A stretch of 64,000 bases of DNA from Bacillota bacterium (GTDB lineage: Bacteria; Bacillota; Sulfobacillia; Fermentithermobacillales; Fermentithermobacillaceae): positions 101,376-165,375 of the forward strand of contig JAPXKJ010000001.1 in NCBI GenBank assembly GCA_033810155.1, given 5' to 3'. Below, one piece after another: positions 40,105 through 47,121 of the stretch. Numbering within the stretch: position 1 is the stretch's first letter; every line of letters begins with the position of its first letter. The notes under the pieces are model-generated. The model saw nothing but the letters and a program-made list of their open reading frames with translations, ran no database searches and was not told where the DNA came from. The position numbers and the translations under genes were made by a program.

Positions 40105-40208
40105 ATCCCTAATCCTCCCGTCCGACGTTCAACAGAAATGATATCCTTCACGGCTCTCTTTGGCAATGACATGCCATTTCATGTTTTCGACACTTCATCG
40201 ACACCGCT
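40105..40208 (-). promoter_or_regulatory. Candidate THF (tetrahydrofolate) riboswitch in the folT leader, with sigma-70-like promoter (TGACAG-17-TATATA; plus-strand coordinates 40212-40240)
   Basis: Minus-strand leader GAUGAAGUG...GAAAUGGCAUGUCAUUGCC...GAGAGCCGUGAAGGAUAUCAUU shares ordered blocks (AUGGnAUGUC, GAGAGC, GUGAA, AUCAUU) with the Eubacterium siraeum THF aptamer, as recalled from memory. Genomic context (folT) fits. Confidence 0.35.
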
Positions 40209-40256
40209 TGGTATATAGACTTGCACATACTTGACTGTCAGTGTTAGAATCAAAAT

Positions 40257-40482
40257 GCTAGAGATATCGGTATATCAGTACACCCTGCTGTGTACGTGAA
40301 TCACGGTGAAGCTTGAGCCCAACACCGTGAATAAGGGAGCCTGGACTCTGACAAGCGGAGCGCACGTCGCGTCAAGCGAAAGCGCGGATGCTTGCAGGAG
40401 GGCACCCACCTGCTGAGGGCAGGTTCATGCCTTCCGGGTTCACGGCATGGCGGGGTCTGGTGTTTGGATGTATCATGTACGT
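40257..40482 (+). ncRNA. GC-rich, highly structured leader or unclassified ncRNA immediately upstream of and probably co-transcribed with tRNA-Leu(CAG)
   Basis: Putative promoter TTGCAC-18-TAGAAT at 40221-40250. About 60% GC against a 47% background. Several hairpins (GTACAC/GTGTAC, TCACGGTG/CACCGTGA, GCAGG/CCTGC, CATGCC/GGCATG). Not coding: only spurious ORFs. Confidence 0.3.
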
Positions 40483-40569
40483 GCCGAAGTGGTGGAATAG
40501 GCAGACACGCGGTGTTCAGGGCGCCGTAGGCTAAAGCCTGTGTGGGTTCAAATCCCACCTTCGGCACCA
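40483..40569 (+). tRNA. tRNA-Leu (anticodon CAG), class II with long variable arm, CCA encoded
   Basis: Folded by hand: acceptor GCCGAAG/CTTCGGC, D-stem GTG/CAC, anticodon stem CGGTG/CGCCG with loop TTCAGGG, variable arm AGGC-TAAA-GCCT, T-arm GTGGG-TTCAAAT-CCCAC, then ACCA. Confidence 0.85.
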
Positions 40570-40576
40570 TTTTTAT

Positions 40577-41035
40577 TTAGGTGCCAAAACTCTCTTCACT
40601 AAAAAGAGCAAACCCGTGAGCTGCAAGTAGAGCTGCAAATACCCCGTCGCCTTGGACGAGTTTTCTTCCAAAAGTCCCGTCATATACTAATCCTATCCCA
40701 CACGCAGGACTTCTGGATTTCAGGATCGCACCAGTGCAACCTGCCTGTAAGCCTACAAGCAAGCCTATTTGGGATCCTGCAAGATACTCCTCAGTGACAT
40801 CTACACCCTCAACATTGAGAACCCGTGACAGTCCCCGAAGCACATAGATTCCGCTTCCGCCGATTATTTCCGCGGCAGGGCGTGGGATTGATAACCCTCC
40901 TAGGACCTCAGGACATACAGGTATAACCTCGCCGCGATGCATCAGCCGGGAGATTTGGGGATAATCCCTTATATCTCCCGCCGAGCCATCATAGCGACAT
41001 TTATTCCCACATAGACAAGATGACACAAGAAACAA
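40577..41035 (-). CDS. DUF523 family protein (YbbK/TudS-like putative 2-thiouracil desulfidase)
   Basis: About 152 aa from TTG (RBS AGGGGG). Motifs VSSCLCGNKCRYDG...CPEVLGGLSIPRPAAE...AILKSRSPACG. ORF track starts further upstream at 41122. Confidence 0.6.
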   Translation of the reverse strand: MFLVSSCLCGNKCRYDGSAGDIRDYPQISRLMHRGEVIPVCPEVLGGLSIPRPAAEIIGGSGIYVLRGLSRVLNVEGVDVTEEYLAGSQIGLLVGLQAGCTGAILKSRSPACGIGLVYDGTFGRKLVQGDGVFAALLAAHGFALFSEESFGT

Positions 41036-41084
41036 TTCATCGCCCCCTTCAAGTATGGTATAACATCGTAGGAGGTAGAGGTAT

Positions 41085-42305
41085 ATGACAAAACACAAAT
41101 TGCGACCAGTATCAGTCGTCACACTCTTCGTTTTTCTCGTCTTTCAAGCAACAGTCTCTTCGTTTGCCACCTACGCGACCTGTTACGCTGCACCCGCGCC
41201 GCCTGAGATAGAGGCAGAGAGTTATCTTTTGGCAGACTTCAAGACGGGACGGGTTTTGATGGCGCACAACACTCAAAGCCAACAGATACCGGCAAGTCTT
41301 ACGAAAATCATGACATTGTTCATAACTTTTGACGAAATATCTCACGGTAACCTTTCGTTGGAAGATGAGATATACATATCCGAAAACGCGTGGAGAACCG
41401 AAGGCTCCAAGATGTTTGTGCTAGTTGACACTAAAGTCAAGCTCGAGGATCTCATCAAGGGAATTACTGTAGCATCAGGCAATGACGCATGTGTAGCGCT
41501 AGCAGAACATATCTCAGGCAGCGTATCTTCATTTGTAGACCGTATGAACCAGCAGGCTGAGATCTTGGGGTTAAAAAACACCCACTTTGCAGACCCACAC
41601 GGTCTTTCAGAGGAGAATAAGATATCTTCAGAAGATATCTTCACACTTGTAAGAGAGTACGCAACCAGGTACCCTGAGTACCTCAAGTACCACTCATTAA
41701 AGGAGTTTACGTACACGCCGCCAGGCGAGCATCCCATAACACAGTACAATAGGAATACATTGTTATCGTCCTATCAAGGGGTCTATGGGCTAAAAACCGG
41801 TTATACTTCAAAAGCGGGGTACAATATCGTAGTCCTAGCAGACAAGGATGGTTTTTCCACCATAGCTATACTTCTGGGTGCTGCGAAAGGCAAATCTATA
41901 TCTGACGGTGAGAAACAGAGAAATCTCCTTGCTTCACATATGCTCGACTATGCCTATGATAATTTCACATATGTGAAATTATCAGATCCACAAACGGTCC
42001 TTGGACAGGTTCGGGTGTGGAAAGGTAAAGGCAAATGGGCAGATGCCATCGCACCAAATGGGTTAGGGGCAACAGTAGAAAAAGAAAACAAAGACAATGT
42101 CACCTACGAATTGGTCTTCGAAGACGATCTCCAAGCACCTCTCGAAAAAGGCGCCAAGGTTGGCGAAGCGATATTCAAGTGCAATGGTGAAGAGGTAGGA
42201 AGAATGGAACTCGTGTCAAAAGAAAGTGTTGACAAGGGCAATATATTTAGAGTTATATGGGATTCGATAACGCGAGTTTTCTCTAGAAGTGTTAGTAGAT
42301 CATAG
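41085..42305 (+). CDS. dacA: D-alanyl-D-alanine carboxypeptidase (PBP5/DacA/DacF family)
   Basis: Signal peptide. SxxK (SLTKIM), SxN (SGND) and KTG (KTGYT) motifs. C-terminal PBP5_C domain. Confidence 0.8.
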   Translation: MTKHKLRPVSVVTLFVFLVFQATVSSFATYATCYAAPAPPEIEAESYLLADFKTGRVLMAHNTQSQQIPASLTKIMTLFITFDEISHGNLSLEDEIYISENAWRTEGSKMFVLVDTKVKLEDLIKGITVASGNDACVALAEHISGSVSSFVDRMNQQAEILGLKNTHFADPHGLSEENKISSEDIFTLVREYATRYPEYLKYHSLKEFTYTPPGEHPITQYNRNTLLSSYQGVYGLKTGYTSKAGYNIVVLADKDGFSTIAILLGAAKGKSISDGEKQRNLLASHMLDYAYDNFTYVKLSDPQTVLGQVRVWKGKGKWADAIAPNGLGATVEKENKDNVTYELVFEDDLQAPLEKGAKVGEAIFKCNGEEVGRMELVSKESVDKGNIFRVIWDSITRVFSRSVSRS

Positions 42306-42332
42306 TCTAGTCTTCCTCTGGAGGCAAAAAGC

Positions 42333-43289
42333 ATGGAGACCACAGTAGTTGCTCTAGGCGGAAACGCCATATTACAGAAAGGTGACAAGGGAACAGCAGA
42401 AGATCAAAGAAGAAATGTGGAAAAGACGGCGGAACAGATTGTGAGGCTTGTTGAGAAGGGGTATCGCTTGATCATCACCCACGGCAATGGACCGCAAGTA
42501 GGGAACATACTTATACAAAATGAGGCTGCCAAAAACGAGGTCCCACAGATGCCAATGGACATTTGTGGTGCCCAAAGCCAAGGTATGATCGGATACATGC
42601 TTCAGATGTACATGCACAACAGCTTGAAACGCCGAAATCTCGACGTGCCTGTTGCCACAATCGTGACTCAGACCCTCGTGAACACCGAAGATCCTGCATT
42701 TGCGAATCCTACCAAACCAGTTGGACCGTTTTGTTCAGAAGAATGGGCTAAAGAACGTGTGAAGACTCACGGAGAAAAATGGATAGAAGATTCCGGTCGA
42801 GGATGGAGACGTGTAGTACCGTCTCCGGATCCAATGTCTATTGTAGAATTGCCATCGATCAAGTCTTTAGTGGATAGCGGCCATATCGTAATCTGCACGG
42901 GAGGCGGTGGCATTCCGGTTGTAAAAAGTCACGACGGTCTACTACAAGGTGTAGAGGCGGTCATTGACAAAGACCTCGGGGCAGAAAGACTAGCAACCTT
43001 ACTTGGCGCTGACAATCTTGTGATCCTTACCGATGTTAACGGCGCTGCTCTTAACTACAAAACTCCTGATGGCAGGGTTTGGTTGGGGGAGACAAGTTTG
43101 CCAGAACTCGCCGAGTTTCTCAAACAGGGACATTTCCTCTCAGGAAGCATGGCACCTAAGGTCCGTGCGATAATCCGTTTCATTCAAAATGGTGGAAAGA
43201 TGGCTGTTATAGCTTCGCTCGATAAAGTAGAAGAAGCTGTTGAAGGAAAGACGGGGACCAGACTGAGAGGGCATCTAAAAAGCCAGTAG
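42333..43289 (+). CDS. arcC: Carbamate kinase
   Basis: 318 aa. VVALGGNAI, ITHGNGPQVG and CTGGGGIPV motifs. Confidence 0.8.
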   Translation: METTVVALGGNAILQKGDKGTAEDQRRNVEKTAEQIVRLVEKGYRLIITHGNGPQVGNILIQNEAAKNEVPQMPMDICGAQSQGMIGYMLQMYMHNSLKRRNLDVPVATIVTQTLVNTEDPAFANPTKPVGPFCSEEWAKERVKTHGEKWIEDSGRGWRRVVPSPDPMSIVELPSIKSLVDSGHIVICTGGGGIPVVKSHDGLLQGVEAVIDKDLGAERLATLLGADNLVILTDVNGAALNYKTPDGRVWLGETSLPELAEFLKQGHFLSGSMAPKVRAIIRFIQNGGKMAVIASLDKVEEAVEGKTGTRLRGHLKSQ

Positions 43290-43296
43290 AGCGAAA

Positions 43297-43336
43297 TAAA
43301 GGCAGGGCCCATATGCGAAGAGCCCTGCCTTTTTAA
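43297..43336. terminator. Bidirectional intrinsic terminator between convergent arcC and ddh
   Basis: AAAGGCAGGGC-ccatatgcgaaga-GCCCTGCCTTTTT. Confidence 0.7.
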
Positions 43337-43355
43337 TTGATATGAAACTGTATCT

Positions 43356-44246
43356 CTACACCATGGACTTAATTATGTCGTTACGACTTCCGGGCAAGAG
43401 ATCGATCGGCGGAATCTCACCTAATACATAACAACCGGGTGCAAGACGCATGGAGGCGCGCGCAGCCGAGACCATCACTTGAGCTGTAGCAGATGGATTA
43501 CTGATCTTCATGTCCAACTCAAGTAATTGGTTATGGCTAGAGCCAGAAGCTCCTACCCGTTGTAACTGTACGCCATGGGCCATTACTCTGACCTTGTCGA
43601 TGTCGTCTATTGCGGTCACCCTTGTTTTATCGTTCACAAAATATGGATCTTCTTTAATACACCTAGAAACCTCTTCGAAATTGTGGCCTTCCTCGATCTC
43701 AACATAGACATCCCGGAAATGTTGACCGTAACCAATCGGAAGAGTAAACGAGACTCCATCAACCACGCCTGGAACTGCCCTCGCAGCGACACTATGCCCC
43801 ATACTCATACCTGGTCCGAAATTCGTGTAAGTTATGCCGCAAGGAGCGATTGCCTGGAACAACATCCGGATAATCGAGTCGGTGCCAGGATCCCATCCAG
43901 ATCCGATTATTGAGACTCTACCATGTAGAGTTGCGTACCCCTGCAGCTTGTTTCTCAAGGAAAGCATAGACTCACCATGGATATCGTAACCATCGACGGT
44001 ATTGATCCCTTTTTCCAGGTAGGATGGAGCGATATCCGGAATCAAGCGAGAGGGGATCGTAAGTATCGCAACATCTATCTTCCCATCCAACTCATCAACA
44101 TCCTTGACTAGAGGAACATTAGGTGCCTCAACATCACAAATCTCAACCACTCCCGCAAGTTCCATGTCTGGAGCCTGATTAATACACTCGACCGCTTCTT
44201 TACCCACATTACCGTATCCTACTACACATACTCTTATTCTATGCAT
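43356..44246 (-). CDS. ddh: meso-diaminopimelate D-dehydrogenase family protein (Ddh)
   Basis: About 297 aa from ATG 44246 (RBS GGAGGT). MHRIRVCVVGYGNVGK and GWDPG motifs match the Ddh family. ORF track extends to 44321. Confidence 0.7.
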   Translation of the reverse strand: MHRIRVCVVGYGNVGKEAVECINQAPDMELAGVVEICDVEAPNVPLVKDVDELDGKIDVAILTIPSRLIPDIAPSYLEKGINTVDGYDIHGESMLSLRNKLQGYATLHGRVSIIGSGWDPGTDSIIRMLFQAIAPCGITYTNFGPGMSMGHSVAARAVPGVVDGVSFTLPIGYGQHFRDVYVEIEEGHNFEEVSRCIKEDPYFVNDKTRVTAIDDIDKVRVMAHGVQLQRVGASGSSHNQLLELDMKISNPSATAQVMVSAARASMRLAPGCYVLGEIPPIDLLPGSRNDIIKSMV

Positions 44247-44455
44247 TCTACAAGACCTCCGATTGGCTTCTTTTACTCCACAATGTGAATTGTAATATGG
44301 ACTGTCCGAAAAACCAAACACTCGACGCTACTATTTCAACACTAGTTCAACGGTACATATAAAAGTTCCTCCAAAACTCAACGATGAAGGAGTTACCGTC
44401 TAAAGAGAGAACCATATACAATATTAGAAACTCAAAACACCAGCGAAAGGAGCCG

Positions 44456-44632
44456 ATGTTGTTGGTCGATTTTTTCCTGAAGCCTTGGGTAGGACCAGTA
44501 CTAGGCGCAATAGGTTTGTTGTTGGCAATTCTGAATCGATCAGGGATGGTTAGCACCAAGATAGGCGATACCCTGCTAATTCTAGCAGTTGCCTCTGCTG
44601 TCGGATCATACTTTACACACAGAGAAACCTAG
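44456..44632 (+). CDS. Small 2-TM hypothetical membrane protein
   Basis: 58 aa from ATG 44456 (RBS AAAGGAG), two hydrophobic helices. Confidence 0.3.
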   Translation: MLLVDFFLKPWVGPVLGAIGLLLAILNRSGMVSTKIGDTLLILAVASAVGSYFTHRET

Positions 44633-44635
44633 TTC

Positions 44636-46615
44636 TCATTTGAGGTTCATGAGGCTGGACTCATCAAAAGTCATTTGTATTTCGTGGGTTAGATCTAGTT
44701 CTTTTAGTTTTTGGTAAAATGTGGTCCTGCCGATCTTGAGGATTTTCATGGCTTTCGTGTGGTTCCCGCCGCAGTATCGTATAGCCTGCAACATCGCGTT
44801 CCGCTCTGCATCCTTCCTAGCTTCTTCCAAGGTGATAGGGAAGACTGCAGGAATTTCTAAAACGCCCGAAGAATCGTCAGCTTGAATCCCCGGGGGCATA
44901 TATCGGAGGTCAATTATACCATCGTCTGTGAGCACCGCCGCACGTTCCAATACGTTCTCAAGTTCCCGTACGTTTCCAGGCCATGGGTAAGAGATCAACG
45001 CGCGTAAGCAGTCTTCAGTGATCCTCAACCGCTTGTCGTACATGGCGGAATAGGCCTGCAAAAAAGTCTCTACAAGATCTATGATATCTTCCGGGCGTTC
45101 TCTCAGTGGAGGAATTTCCACAGAGAAAACGTTTAGCCGGTAGTATAGATCTTCTCTGAAACGTCCCGAATCTACAAGTTCGGGCAAGTTTTGGTTAGTA
45201 GCTGCGATAATCCTCACATCAACCTTATTGTGCGAATGAGAGCCTAGTGGTTGTACAGTACCTTCTTCGATAACATGCAGCAATTTGGCTTGACAAGACA
45301 AATCAAGTTCGGCGATTTCATCGAGTAACAACGTACCCCCAGATGCCTCATGGAATTTGCCTTTCTTACCTGTCCTCAGAGCACCTGTGAACGAACCGGG
45401 TGCGTACCCAAACAACTCGCTTTCCATGAGCGAGGGCGGAACTGCCGCGCAGTTTACCACTACAAAAGGCTCTCTGTTTCTAGGAGATGCGTGGTGGATA
45501 GCTCGTGCGAAGAGATTCTTCCCAGTACCGCTTTCCCCTAGCAAGAGGACATTGCACTTGGTAGGAGCGATTTTCTCACACAACGATATGCAATGTCGAA
45601 TAGACTCGCTCCGCCCAAGAATTCTAGAAAAGGCCGGGTGTGAAGACGGTGCCTTCCCGAGTTTCATACGCAATAGTGAGGCATAGCTAGCCATACCATC
45701 CGCTCGCTCCTCAAGTTCTTTCACCTCGACAACGTCTGTTAGCAGAACGCACACAAGCTTACTAGACATCCCGCTGCAAGTGATTGGAGTGACGGCGTAT
45801 CTTAAGGGGATGCCATTTATGAATCCTTCTTTGGGCCCTATGTGCGAAACCGCCCCGGAGAATACTCTAACTATGTCTGAACTATCTAGGCCTTCAGGGC
45901 AAATCTTCCAGAGTTTTTCACCTACAATTTCCATTGATGCAATGCCATGTTCCTTAGCCCTGAATTCATTCCCCAATAGGATGGATTTTGCAGACTCGCC
46001 TCTAGCTGTGTATCCGAGAGTTTGGTAAAACTTCACAACTAGAGTTTCGGGGTCACATATCACCATATGAGCTATAGCTATTCTATAGTCAAAATCAAAT
46101 CTCAAACCATCTACACTTATGCTAGCTCTCTTTTCTACGCTTGACAGTCTAGCTGAAAGCTTGTGGGTGATACCATCTTTGCCAGGCCATAGGCGATCAA
46201 TTCCTAGAGGTTCAACGGAAGGCTGGCTTCTTTTTGAATATATTCCAGAGCCAGCAGGACCACCGTAAACGCCTATCGCCACCAGGGCATCGCCCGACAT
46301 TATCTTGGAGTCCGGAGAAATACCCATCAGCGATAGGTCTCTTGGAGTCAGTCCGCCATCATCAGCACCCAATGAACTGTTCACCAAGAGCACAATATCA
46401 CCAGGGGACACGCTCCCTGCGCTGTGGCCGGGGCCCCAAGATTCTCCAAGCCCAAGAAGGGCAAGAGCTCTCTGGTTGGCTAAGAGTATTTCTCCGTCTT
46501 CTTGCACGACTATGACACCTTCGCGAAGCACATTAAAAACGTTTTCCAGCAGACTGTTCTTAGAGTTCATAGAACTGCTCCTCACTTGCCCGTATTTCTG
46601 TCCAGCAATACTCAT
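44636..46615 (-). CDS. Sigma-54-dependent transcriptional activator with N-terminal PAS sensor and a further sensory region (bEBP, Fis-type HTH)
   Basis: 659 aa. PAS (SLLENVFNVLREGVIVVQEDGEIL). AAA+ sigma-54 interaction domain with GESGTGKN Walker A and the GAFTGA-like loop ELFGYAPGSFTGA. C-terminal HTH. Confidence 0.8.
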   Translation of the reverse strand: MSIAGQKYGQVRSSSMNSKNSLLENVFNVLREGVIVVQEDGEILLANQRALALLGLGESWGPGHSAGSVSPGDIVLLVNSSLGADDGGLTPRDLSLMGISPDSKIMSGDALVAIGVYGGPAGSGIYSKRSQPSVEPLGIDRLWPGKDGITHKLSARLSSVEKRASISVDGLRFDFDYRIAIAHMVICDPETLVVKFYQTLGYTARGESAKSILLGNEFRAKEHGIASMEIVGEKLWKICPEGLDSSDIVRVFSGAVSHIGPKEGFINGIPLRYAVTPITCSGMSSKLVCVLLTDVVEVKELEERADGMASYASLLRMKLGKAPSSHPAFSRILGRSESIRHCISLCEKIAPTKCNVLLLGESGTGKNLFARAIHHASPRNREPFVVVNCAAVPPSLMESELFGYAPGSFTGALRTGKKGKFHEASGGTLLLDEIAELDLSCQAKLLHVIEEGTVQPLGSHSHNKVDVRIIAATNQNLPELVDSGRFREDLYYRLNVFSVEIPPLRERPEDIIDLVETFLQAYSAMYDKRLRITEDCLRALISYPWPGNVRELENVLERAAVLTDDGIIDLRYMPPGIQADDSSGVLEIPAVFPITLEEARKDAERNAMLQAIRYCGGNHTKAMKILKIGRTTFYQKLKELDLTHEIQMTFDESSLMNLK

Positions 46616-46697
46616 TTGGTCTATTTCTACGAATTATGTCGAAATTCCTTTCAGACATAAAAGTCAAGATTCCATGGGACAATTGATATGAGTCTTA

Positions 46698-46726
46698 TTG
46701 ACACAGCATCTGTAGCGGGTTATATT
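46698..46726 (+). promoter_or_regulatory. Sigma-70-type promoter for tRNA-Leu(GAG): TTGACA-17-TATATT
   Basis: Exact -35 and near-consensus -10 with 17-bp spacer, about 25 nt upstream of the tRNA. Confidence 0.6.
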
Positions 46727-46751
46727 ATGAATTACTGCTGTATCTTTTCGT

Positions 46752-46836
46752 GTCGGGATGGCGGAACAGGCAGACGCGTACGTTTGAGGGGCGTATGGGA
46801 AATCCCGTGCGGGTTCGATTCCCGCTCCCGACACCA
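46752..46836 (+). tRNA. tRNA-Leu (anticodon GAG), class II, CCA encoded
   Basis: Folded by hand: acceptor GTCGGGA/TCCCGAC, D-stem GCG/CGC, anticodon stem TACGT/GCGTA with loop TTGAGGG, variable hairpin TGGG-AAA-TCCC, T-arm GCGGG-TTCGATT-CCCGC, then ACCA. Confidence 0.85.
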
Positions 46837-46844
46837 TTTTCGAA

Positions 46845-47072
46845 CATAAAGGAAAGACTACGACGAGGACGAGTAGATGGATGCTGGTCAAAGAGAATCG
46901 ACAAAAGGTGAGAAGTCGATACCAAGGTCCATTCGAATATCACCTCTGAGTCAACGGCTGAAAACACAGTAAGCCGGTTCGTATTGCTCACGTTATAGAG
47001 CGCTTAAGGGGGTTGCAGAGTTACTGCAATCAAGGTGGGTGGTACCACGGCATAAGTCGTCCCTATGGGGCG
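46845..47072 (+). promoter_or_regulatory. T-box riboswitch leader of ileS (Ile specifier AUC) with terminator
   Basis: AGAGA box. Specifier-like AUAUCACC. Conserved T-box sequence AAUCAAGGUGGGUGGUACCACGG. Terminator CGTCCC-tat-GGGGCG plus T6. Confidence 0.7.
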
Positions 47073-47121
47073 CTTTTTTATTTGTGGCAAAACTTCCCAA
47101 ACCGAGATGGAGGAAAAACTC

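Noticed and set aside
40257-40482. Tested whether the GC-rich element is SRP RNA, 6S, tmRNA or RNase P RNA
   Set aside because: Could not find the SRP domain IV signature (GGAAGGAAGCAGC…AAGGCAG), the tmRNA tRNA-like ends or the RNase P P4 motifs by eye. Left unclassified rather than named.
40301-40570. 89-aa minus-strand ORF
   Set aside because: Overlaps the hand-folded tRNA-Leu(CAG) and the GC-rich structured RNA region. Product is a Pro/Arg-rich artefact of GC-rich sequence.
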